This document shows, piece by piece, positions 49,591 through 57,104 of a stretch of DNA of 64,000 nucleotides. The notes beneath the pieces are model-generated. The model saw nothing but the letters and a program-made list of their open reading frames with translations, made no database searches and was not told the DNA's origin. Position 1 is the first letter of the stretch, and each line of letters opens with the position of its first letter. A program made the position numbers and the translations under genes. The DNA is taken from positions 544,001 to 608,000 of the forward strand of contig CAWJTV010000041.1 of assembly GCA_963845755.1 (NCBI GenBank). The letters are read 5' to 3'. Source of the stretch: an uncultured Planctomycetota bacterium. Lineage in GTDB: Bacteria > Planctomycetota > Planctomycetia > Isosphaerales > Isosphaeraceae.

Positions 49591-49662
49591 TGGGCCGGGG
49601 GGCGCTCGAATCCCCGTCTGCCGGGCTTCAACCGGCCGCTAGACCGTCTCAGCTACCGACCC
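49591..49662 (-). tRNA. tRNA-Phe(GAA), first gene of the array
   Basis: plus gccgg-gcttcaa-ccggc; G37. Confidence 0.85.
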
Positions 49663-49675
49663 ATTCCGCGATCCC

Positions 49676-49711
49676 AACAAAAAGGCCCGGTGTCTTCGTC
49701 ACACCGGGCCT
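49676..49711 (-). terminator. Intrinsic terminator (attenuator) directly upstream of the tRNA array
   Basis: minus AGGCCCGGTGT-gacgaag-ACACCGGGCCT-TTTTGTT: perfect 11-bp stem plus U tract, oriented with the array. Confidence 0.85.
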
Positions 49712-49745
49712 GAGACTCCACGCGAGGGATGTCCGAGACCGGGTG

Positions 49746-49847
49746 TCACGTCTGCAAGGGATAGAACCGGAGCGGGTTCGCCGACAGGTCGGCGGATCGC
49801 TTCGTTTCTTGACAACCCAGGGTGTAACGCGGACTCCCGGCGAACAT
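49746..49847 (-). CDS. Putative leader peptide, 33 aa, MFAGSPRYTLGCQETKRSADLSANPLRFYPLQT
   Basis: GAGGT SD at 49853-57, ATG at 49847, TGA at 49746-48 inside the antiterminator; too short for the ORF track. Confidence 0.72.
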   Translation of the reverse strand: MFAGSPRYTLGCQETKRSADLSANPLRFYPLQT

Positions 49848-49930
49848 GGACAACCTCGATGTTACGGGTGTCTCAGGCCGACTGGACTCGGGGCCAACCT
49901 CACGGCTCGCCCGTCGTCTTGTACCCTTAC

Positions 49931-49956
49931 AGACGCATCACCCCGGGAGGATGTTC
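49931..49956 (-). promoter_or_regulatory. Putative ECF-type promoter of the leader/tRNA array
   Basis: minus GAAC-N17-CGTCT, about 85 nt upstream of the leader ATG. Confidence 0.5.
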
Positions 49957-49994
49957 GCGCGATTTCGAAGAGATTATTGGTGGAGCCATTTCCG

Positions 49995-50080
49995 ATCCCG
50001 ATTCGCTGCATTACGGCCCGCCATCGAGCGTTCGCCGGGACCATGAACGATACGATCTCTTCGAGGCCGAGCACCAGGGG
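49995..50080 (-). pseudogene. Fragment of a RimJ/RimL-type GNAT acetyltransferase
   Basis: LGLEEIVSFMVPANARWRAVMQRIG resembles a GNAT C-terminal motif; no complete gene. Confidence 0.5.
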
Positions 50081-50259
50081 CGTATCCGTTCTCTCGCCGC
50101 AAGTCCAAATCGCTCAAGCCCTCGGGAGATGTCGAGATGGGCGAGGGGCCTCGAAAATCATTGGACCTGACGTGTTCCGTGCCGGTACGTCGCATAGAGG
50201 GGAGATGGGTGACTGAGCGGGACAGGCAAGCCGTCTGCCACACTTTACAGGAGAAGCTC

Positions 50260-51324
50260 ATGCAGACCATGACCACGGAACTCGAGCGGTTGATCGGCAA
50301 GGTCATTGGGGACCTGGGCGGCACGGCCAACGCGGCCCTCGTTATCGTCGGCGACCGGCTCGGGTTATATCGGACCCTCGCCGAGATCGGCCCCACTACC
50401 TCGCACGAACTGGCCCAGCAGACTGGCACGCACGAGCGATATATCCGCGAGTGGCTTGCCGCCCAGGCGGCTTCCGACTATGTCGACTACGACCCGGCCA
50501 CCAAGCGGTTCAGCATGTCCCGCGAGCAAGCCATGCTCTTTGCCGATGAGAACAGTCCGGTGTACATGGCCGGAGGCTTCTTCGCCGCGGCGGCGGCCAT
50601 CAACGACGAACGACACCTGGCGGAGGCGTTCCGGTCGGGACGTGGGATCGCATGGAGCGATCACCACGACTGCCTGTTCTGCGGCACGGAGAAGTTCTTC
50701 CGCCCGTCCTATGCCGGAAACCTCCTCCAGTCGTGGATCCCGTCGCTGGGGGACATGCACGCGAGGCTCCAGGCCGGGGGAACCGTGGCCGATCTCGGCT
50801 GTGGGCACGGTTGCTCCACCGTCCTCATGGCGAAGGCCTATCCGGCCTCCACGTTCGTCGGCTTCGATAGCCACATGCCGTCGATCGAGCGCGCCCGCGA
50901 GACGGCGGCCGCGCAGGAACTCCCCAACGCACGCTTCGAGGTCGCGACGGCGCAAAACTTCACACGGATTGATGGAGACGGCTACGACCTGGTCGCGATC
51001 TTCGACGCCCTGCATGACATGGGCGACCCGCACGGCGCGGCCCGTCGAGTGCGAGAGATGTTGAAAGCCGATGGAACCTGGATGATCGTCGAACCGGCCG
51101 CGGGCGATCGGCTGGAGGAGAACCTCAACCCGGTGGGCCGCGTGTTCTATGCCCTCTCCACGGCCGTCTGCGTCCCCTCGGCCTTGAGCCAGAAAGGGGG
51201 CGAATCGCTTGGGGCTCAGGCCGGACCTGCCGTGTTGGAGAACGTGGTCACCAGCAGCGGCTTCTCCAGATTCCGGATCGCCACAAAGTCCCCGTTCAAT
51301 CTGGTGATCGAGGCCAAGCGATAA
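50260..51324 (+). CDS. Class I SAM-dependent methyltransferase with N-terminal winged helix (Rv2258c-like)
   Basis: GDRLGLY, ERYIREWL, VADLGCGHG, FDALHDMGDP, LGAQAG. Confidence 0.92.
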   Translation: MQTMTTELERLIGKVIGDLGGTANAALVIVGDRLGLYRTLAEIGPTTSHELAQQTGTHERYIREWLAAQAASDYVDYDPATKRFSMSREQAMLFADENSPVYMAGGFFAAAAAINDERHLAEAFRSGRGIAWSDHHDCLFCGTEKFFRPSYAGNLLQSWIPSLGDMHARLQAGGTVADLGCGHGCSTVLMAKAYPASTFVGFDSHMPSIERARETAAAQELPNARFEVATAQNFTRIDGDGYDLVAIFDALHDMGDPHGAARRVREMLKADGTWMIVEPAAGDRLEENLNPVGRVFYALSTAVCVPSALSQKGGESLGAQAGPAVLENVVTSSGFSRFRIATKSPFNLVIEAKR

Positions 51325-51340
51325 CCCCAGATTTGTCGAT

Positions 51341-52204
51341 CTACTCCAGCCCCGGGATCTTCGCCGGGCCGCCGGACTTGCCGTCGCCCTCGGTGTTTTT
51401 CTTCTCCCGGATCCGTTTCGCGAGGAATCTGGCCGACTCGTCGCCGATCACGTGGTAACCAGCCGGGTTGGGATGGCGATCGCCGAACCAGCCGGGCAGC
51501 TCGCGGAAATGGGCGTCGAGCCGGTTGTCCATCACCACGACCCGGCCGTCCCTGACGAACGGCTTGACCCAATCGCGGTCCTTCTCCGGGATCTTCTCCA
51601 GCGGGTAGCGGCGGTAGTTGAGCATGTGCGATCCGTGCTTCAGCTCAGCCCGGTAGCGGGTATACACGTCGAACAAGACCAGGCGCTCCGACTCGGCCAC
51701 CTTCCGGATGAGACGGTTCACCGTCTCGTCGCGCTCCGGAGTCATGTAGGGGATGATCGTCATTGGGACGATGGTCGCGCACGGGAAGTGCCGGCGCAGG
51801 CGCCCGATCAGGTCGGAGTAGTCCTTCGGGAAGTTGACCTCGAACCCCTCGCGCCTGACGATGTCATTCAGGCCGTAGCGGATGAGGACGTAATCGATGC
51901 CTTCGAGAGTGGCGATGTCCTTGTCGAACCGACCGGAGGCGAGCAGGCCCTGGATGAACTCGCCGTCTCGCCCCTGATTGATGACCTCGGCCGGCGGCAG
52001 GTCCTTCTCCGCCGCGAGCAGCAGCCGGATCACGTCTTCGAGGTGGGGACCATCGGGATCGACCTGGCGGCAGACGCTGCCGATGGTTGTGCTGTCGCCC
52101 AGAAGGAGGATCCTGAGTTTTCCCGCCTCCTCACCCGAGGCCGCAGCCGGTACGGTCATGAGCCCGACGATGCACCACGACCGCAAAGAGTTCATCAGAC
52201 GCAT
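51341..52204 (-). CDS. Secreted SGNH/GDSL hydrolase
   Basis: LLLGDSTT, INQGRDG, YGLND, DRHPNPAGY. Confidence 0.88.
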   Translation of the reverse strand: MRLMNSLRSWCIVGLMTVPAAASGEEAGKLRILLLGDSTTIGSVCRQVDPDGPHLEDVIRLLLAAEKDLPPAEVINQGRDGEFIQGLLASGRFDKDIATLEGIDYVLIRYGLNDIVRREGFEVNFPKDYSDLIGRLRRHFPCATIVPMTIIPYMTPERDETVNRLIRKVAESERLVLFDVYTRYRAELKHGSHMLNYRRYPLEKIPEKDRDWVKPFVRDGRVVVMDNRLDAHFRELPGWFGDRHPNPAGYHVIGDESARFLAKRIREKKNTEGDGKSGGPAKIPGLE

Positions 52205-52451
52205 CGGACCGGTTCTCCTGGGATGTGGGCTGCCGCTTGTTCCGGGCCGATCTCGGTTCCGCTCGCCCGCGAATCGCTCATCGGGGAGTGTCCCACCGCC
52301 ACACCTACCAGGTCGCGGGCTGGGGACAGGTCCATTCAGAATAATCGCCCAGTATGCCAGGGAGTAGACCACGCCGGATTCACCGGGCCATGCGTTAACA
52401 ACGGGACCGGCGTCAAGAGCGCGGCGTGAGGCGGTCGCGCCGGGGAACGGG

Positions 52452-53525
52452 CTATTTCCCCGAGAGTGAGGCGAGTCTCGAGAGCGTCTCCTCTCCGAGC
52501 CGCCTCGTGAGCTCGCCCGCCGGTAACTCGCGGCAGAGGTGCGCCGCCTGCCCCGACCAGAGCGGCGAGAAGTCCCCCGAGCCTTCCGCCTCGGACTTCG
52601 ACCGAAGGGGCGCCACTGCACCCGCCGCGAGCGGGAACCTCGGTGCGATCTCGGACAGGGGACCGACTTCGCGAACAAGACGGTTCATGATCCCCCGCGC
52701 GGGGCGGCCCGTGAAGACGTTTGTGATTGTCGTCTCGCCGGCACCTTTCAGCGCCGTCCGGTGGACCTCGCTCGTCGTCGCCTCCGGGCAGAGGAGATAG
52801 GCCGTGCCGATCTGGACGGCCGAGGCCCCGAGCGCGAGGGCCGCGACGACGCCTCGCGCGTCGGCGATGCCGCCCGCGGCGATAACCGGCACGCGCACAG
52901 CGTCGGCCACCTGTGGGACGAGCGCCATCGTCCCGACCTGGGTCGAGACGTCCTCCGACAGGAACATCCCCCGATGCCCCCCCGCCTCGGCGCCCTGAGC
53001 GATGATCGCGTCGCAGCCCCTGGCCTCGAGCCAGCGTGCCTCCTCGACCGAGGTCGCAGACGAGATGACCTTCGCGCCCGATGACTTGACCCGGGCCAGG
53101 AGCTCCCCATCCGGGAGACCGAAATGAAAACTCACGACCTCGGCCTTGAGCTCGCAGACGACCTCGCACATCGCCTTGTCGAACGGTAGGCGGCTCGTCA
53201 CCGCGGTCGGGGCCGTCGGGTCGAGCCCGAGCTCGACGTAGTATCGCTCGAGGCGATTCTTCCACACGGAGACGCGGTCGGGATCTGGGCCGGGAGGCGT
53301 GTGACAGAAGAAATTCAGGTTGATAGGTTTCGAGGATTGCCGACGAATAGACTTCACCTCGCTTCGAACCTGATCCGACCCGAGCAGTGCGCAGGGAAGT
53401 GATCCCAGTCCCCCGGCCTCAGAGACGGCGATCGCAAGCCCGGAGCCATTCGACCCCGCCATGGGGGCCTGGATGATCGGAAGTTCAATCCCGAAGAGGT
53501 CGAGGATCCGACGGTCCGGCCACAT
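52452..53525 (-). CDS. Nitronate monooxygenase family flavoprotein
   Basis: PIIQAPMAG, QGAEAGGHRG, VIAAGGIAD, VQIGTAYL. Confidence 0.93.
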   Translation of the reverse strand: MWPDRRILDLFGIELPIIQAPMAGSNGSGLAIAVSEAGGLGSLPCALLGSDQVRSEVKSIRRQSSKPINLNFFCHTPPGPDPDRVSVWKNRLERYYVELGLDPTAPTAVTSRLPFDKAMCEVVCELKAEVVSFHFGLPDGELLARVKSSGAKVISSATSVEEARWLEARGCDAIIAQGAEAGGHRGMFLSEDVSTQVGTMALVPQVADAVRVPVIAAGGIADARGVVAALALGASAVQIGTAYLLCPEATTSEVHRTALKGAGETTITNVFTGRPARGIMNRLVREVGPLSEIAPRFPLAAGAVAPLRSKSEAEGSGDFSPLWSGQAAHLCRELPAGELTRRLGEETLSRLASLSGK

Positions 53526-54693
53526 ATCGATTCTCCTCACCAACCGGCGCAACGACCGCAGACTTCGCGCCCATGCGCCTCAGATAGTCCACGATCCTTT
53601 TTTTATCGTTCTTGATCGCCATGTCGAGAGCCGTCTCTCCGTTGTTGTTCACCGCGATCGGGCTTGCGCCGCGTTCCAGCAGCAATTCGACGACCTTGAG
53701 CGTAGAGTTTCTCTCGCAGGCTTTATGCAAAGGCGTGTTGCTTCCATGATCCGTTACGTTGATCATGGCGCCATGATCGACCAACCACCTTGTACCGACG
53801 ATATCGCCCTGGTGTGCGAATGCGTGCAATAACGTGCGACTACCGAGTTTTTCGTCGATATCGACGCCCGATTCCAGACATAGGGCCGCAACCTCGTAAT
53901 TCCCTCGACCGTGACGCTGGCCATGCCCCAAGGCCGCGAACACCGTTCCAATGCCTGGCTGCCATCCATGCGCCATGAGAAGTTGAGCGATCTTCACGTT
54001 TCCTCCGCGCGACGCACACAGATCGAGAGGACTCACGTCACGATCCACGCGCATCGGCCCCTGGTCCAGTAACCGTTCAGCACAAAGGACGAGTTGCTTC
54101 GCATAGGCTGGATCCGATTTTCCCAGCTCGGACCTGCAGGCGTAGTCCAGCGCGGTCATGCCCTTCTCGCCCAGCAAATCATAATCTGTCGTTCTACCGG
54201 CCAGCGCCGGGTCCGCGAGAAGCCAGTCGCGAACACGATCCATGTCGCCGATCGCAGCGGCTGTGTACAGGTTTTGTTCTGCCCCCGCGTCGATCAATAT
54301 ATGCATGATGTCAATGTGAGGCCCTACTGTCGCGGCACACACGAGATGGTAATCCGGCCTCGCGCCAATCTGGATCAAGAACCTGACCAGCTCCAGGTGG
54401 CTTGGCTTCTTGGGCGCCGACTTGAAATCCATGACGGCCAGGGCGAGTAGCCTGTCCCGATTGGCGGCGGTGATCAGGCTCCGATTCTGCTTGAGGGCAG
54501 CATAGTCCCCCTTTTTTGCGAGCGTCCCGAGGTGAGCAGGTTTTCGATCACCTCTCCCGCTCGCGTGAAGTTCACGCCTCCGCCTGTTAACACAAGCGGA
54601 ACACTTTTTCGCCAGCCCATCCGGCTCCTTGCGACTTCCGGAAAAGGAGGAAGAATCCAAGACGCGCTTGCACTCCTGGCATTGCTTCTTCAT
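53485..54693 (-). CDS. Ankyrin-repeat protein with N-terminal C4 zinc-finger-like segment
   Basis: MKKQCQECK...KKCSAC; TALDYAC, TLLH, TPLHKAC, GETALDMA. Confidence 0.85.
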   Translation of the reverse strand: MKKQCQECKRVLDSSSFSGSRKEPDGLAKKCSACVNRRRRELHASGRGDRKPAHLGTLAKKGDYAALKQNRSLITAANRDRLLALAVMDFKSAPKKPSHLELVRFLIQIGARPDYHLVCAATVGPHIDIMHILIDAGAEQNLYTAAAIGDMDRVRDWLLADPALAGRTTDYDLLGEKGMTALDYACRSELGKSDPAYAKQLVLCAERLLDQGPMRVDRDVSPLDLCASRGGNVKIAQLLMAHGWQPGIGTVFAALGHGQRHGRGNYEVAALCLESGVDIDEKLGSRTLLHAFAHQGDIVGTRWLVDHGAMINVTDHGSNTPLHKACERNSTLKVVELLLERGASPIAVNNNGETALDMAIKNDKKRIVDYLRRMGAKSAVVAPVGEENRYVAGPSDPRPLRD

Positions 54694-54934
54694 GGTCTGA
54701 ACCCGAGGAAGGGGCTCAATCTCTCGAGAGAGCTGAACGCTTGAGTCGAGCATACCCCAGGGCGGATAGGAATCCACCCCCCCTGCCCCTCTTCGTAAGA
54801 GCGTTCGGGAAGAATGAGCGTGCAGGCCAATAGACCGACCCTCCAAGCTGGGATTCCACACAGGGTTCGCGCCGGAGACAATCGCGTGAAAGGTTCTCGC
54901 TCTGGCTGTGTGTATCCTTGTGGAAGGAGGACTG

Positions 54935-55579
54935 ATGGACGACGAGCCGCCCGCACCGGCCACGCGACACACGTTGATCGTCAAGTTACGCGATCCGGCC
55001 GATGCCGGCGCCTGGCGCGAGTTCGTGGCGCTGTATGAGCCGTTGGTCTACCGGCTGGCGCGGCGCAAGGGGCTCCAGGACGCCGATGCGCGGGACCTCT
55101 GCCAGGAGGTGTTTCGCGCGGTGTCTCAGGCCATTGATCGCTGGGACATCGACCCGACGCGCGGGAGCTTCCGCGGCTGGCTCTCCCGCATCGCACGCAA
55201 CCTCCTGGTGAACTTCCTGACCCGACGGCCCTATCGGGTCCGCGGCAGCGGATCCACCAGCGTCCAGGAATTACTCGAGGCTCAACCGGCCGGCGATCCG
55301 TCGGCCACGGCCCTGTTCGAGGCCGAGTACCGCCGCCGGTTGTTCCGTTGGGCTGCTGATGAGGTGAAGAGCGAGTTCGCCGCGACGACCTGGGACGCGT
55401 TCTGGCAGACGGCCGTCGAAGGCCGCACGCCGGCAGACGTGGCGGCCGAGCTGAGTCTGTCCGTCGGCGCGGTTTACATTGCTCGGAGCCGGGTGCTGGC
55501 CCGCTTGCGGAAGCGGATCGGAGAACTGGGTGAAGAGGCATCGGCGATCATTCGCGAGGTCGATCATGGTAGCTCGTAG
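54935..55579 (+). CDS. ECF sigma factor, Ser/Thr-kinase-associated planctomycete type
   Basis: TRHTLIVKLRD, AWREFVALYEPLVY, GSFRGWL, AVYIARSRVLARL; GGAGG RBS. Confidence 0.92.
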   Translation: MDDEPPAPATRHTLIVKLRDPADAGAWREFVALYEPLVYRLARRKGLQDADARDLCQEVFRAVSQAIDRWDIDPTRGSFRGWLSRIARNLLVNFLTRRPYRVRGSGSTSVQELLEAQPAGDPSATALFEAEYRRRLFRWAADEVKSEFAATTWDAFWQTAVEGRTPADVAAELSLSVGAVYIARSRVLARLRKRIGELGEEASAIIREVDHGSS

Positions 55580-57101
55580 GACATCGTGTGATCCCCAACG
55601 GCTCCGGTTGCTGGCCGAGGACCGCTTGCCGGCCAATGAGCTGGAGCGACTCGAAGGCCATTTGCAACAGTGCGCGGGATGCCGCGAAGAGCTGGACAGC
55701 CTGGCCGGCGGCGAGCCCTGGCGCGAGGCCGTCCGTCATTACCTCGGCGACGCCGCGACGGATCTCTACGAGGCAAGCCCGCTCGCGGATATCGACGAGC
55801 CGCTCGGCTTCCTGGCACCCTCGGACTGGCCCGACTCGCTTGGTCGGCTCGGGACCTACGAGGTCAAGGGCGTGATCGGCCGCGGGGGGATGGGCGTGGT
55901 GCTCAAGGCGTTCGACCCGGCCCTGAGCCGGAACGTCGCGATCAAGGTGCTGTCGGCGTCGCTCGCCACCTGTGGGGCGGCGCGGCGGCGGTTCCTCCGC
56001 GAGGCCAAGGCCGCGGCGGCGGTTGCTCATGAGCATGTCGTCTCGGTCTTTGCCGTCGAAGAGAAGGCGGGGTTGCCGTTCCTGGTCATGGAATACATCG
56101 CCGGACATTCGCTCCAGGACCGGCTCGATTCGCAGGGATCGCTGGCCCTGCCCGAGATCCTGCGCATCGGCATGCAGACGGCCGCCGGCCTGGCGGCGGC
56201 CCATGCCCAGGGGCTGGTCCACCGCGACGTCAAGCCGGCCAACATCCTGATGGAGAACGGTATCGAGCGGGTCAAGCTGACCGACTTCGGCCTCGCCCGG
56301 GCAGCCGCCGACGCCAGCATGACCCAGAGCGGGCTGATCTCCGGTACGCCCCACTATATGGCACCCGAGCAGGCGCGCGGCGAGTTGACCGACCATCGCG
56401 CCGACCTCTTCAGCCTGGGGAGCACGCTTTACGCGATGTGCGCCGGCCATCCGCCGTTCCGCGCCGAGTCGCCGCTGGCCGTGCTGCGCAGGGTTTCCGA
56501 CGACGAACCAAGGCCACTCCGCCAGATCAATCCTGAGATCCCGCAATGGCTCGAGGCGGTCATCGAGCGGCTCCATTCCAAGGACCCGGCCCGGCGCTTT
56601 TCCTCCGCGTCCGAATTGGCCGGATTGCTGGGCCACTGCCTGGCTCACGTCCAGGCGCCGCTTGCGGTCTCGTTGCCCGCCGAGCTGGTCCCGTCCATCA
56701 GGGAGATGCGCCCGAAACGACGTTGGTCCGCAGCGGCCCTGCTGGGATTCGCCGCCATCGTGGGCGGAGCCCTCTTCCTCTGGCCGGTTCGTCCACCGAG
56801 ACCTCGTGCGTCGATCCCAGCCAGCCAGGAGATCCCGTACGTCGCACGAACGTCCAGCCTTTCGAAGATCGCCCCGGATGAGATCGATCAATCGGCCCGG
56901 GAGGCCTGGGATCAGGCCGGGGCGATCGAGGCCGAACTTCATCGGCGAGCCGATGCGGGCGGTCCCGATCCGATCTCTGAACTCGCCCGGCACCTGGCCA
57001 ATCGAGCCGGCTCTCTTGAGCGAGAGCTCGGCTCCGGCCGCGTCGCGGCCCCAGGTGCCTCGACCGATTCCCCGTTTCCCAACCCCGATGACAGGAGATG
57101 A
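55566..57101 (+). CDS. Ser/Thr protein kinase with N-terminal HxxxCxxC motif and TM helix
   Basis: HLQQCAGC, GRGGMG, VAIK, HRDVKPANI, DFGLA, GTPHYMAPE. Confidence 0.95.
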   Translation: MVARRTSCDPQRLRLLAEDRLPANELERLEGHLQQCAGCREELDSLAGGEPWREAVRHYLGDAATDLYEASPLADIDEPLGFLAPSDWPDSLGRLGTYEVKGVIGRGGMGVVLKAFDPALSRNVAIKVLSASLATCGAARRRFLREAKAAAAVAHEHVVSVFAVEEKAGLPFLVMEYIAGHSLQDRLDSQGSLALPEILRIGMQTAAGLAAAHAQGLVHRDVKPANILMENGIERVKLTDFGLARAAADASMTQSGLISGTPHYMAPEQARGELTDHRADLFSLGSTLYAMCAGHPPFRAESPLAVLRRVSDDEPRPLRQINPEIPQWLEAVIERLHSKDPARRFSSASELAGLLGHCLAHVQAPLAVSLPAELVPSIREMRPKRRWSAAALLGFAAIVGGALFLWPVRPPRPRASIPASQEIPYVARTSSLSKIAPDEIDQSAREAWDQAGAIEAELHRRADAGGPDPISELARHLANRAGSLERELGSGRVAAPGASTDSPFPNPDDRR

Positions 57102-57104
57102 CCC

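Larger units (their letters stand above)
46257..49662 (-). other. tRNA gene array: 38 co-oriented tRNA genes with no encoded CCA
   Basis: 38 T-arm motifs (plus-strand TCGAAC/TTGAAC and variants), each with paired acceptor and anticodon stems; short spacers. Confidence 0.97.

Noticed and set aside
46257..49662. Repeated GGAGTCGAACC motif as a CRISPR or other repeat array
   Set aside because: The motif is the reverse complement of tRNA T arms; there are no identical direct repeats and no cas genes.
46257..49662. Suppressor, Sec or Pyl tRNA in the array
   Set aside because: No CUA, UUA or UCA anticodon found; the TAG, TAA and TGA anticodons present read Leu and Ser codons.
49676..49930. T-box riboswitch as the array regulator
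   Set aside because: No UGGNACC T-box bulge or recognisable stem I seen; an SD-led ORF explains the region better. An Rfam scan would settle it.
43900..50200. Prophage or ICE carrying the array
   Set aside because: No integrase, structural or conjugation genes and no att-like duplication of a tRNA end in the flanks.
46042..50216. ORF-track ORFs overlapping the tRNA array
   Set aside because: They are translations of tRNA sequence (recurrent GFDS/ESNP/RVR from T arms), not proteins.
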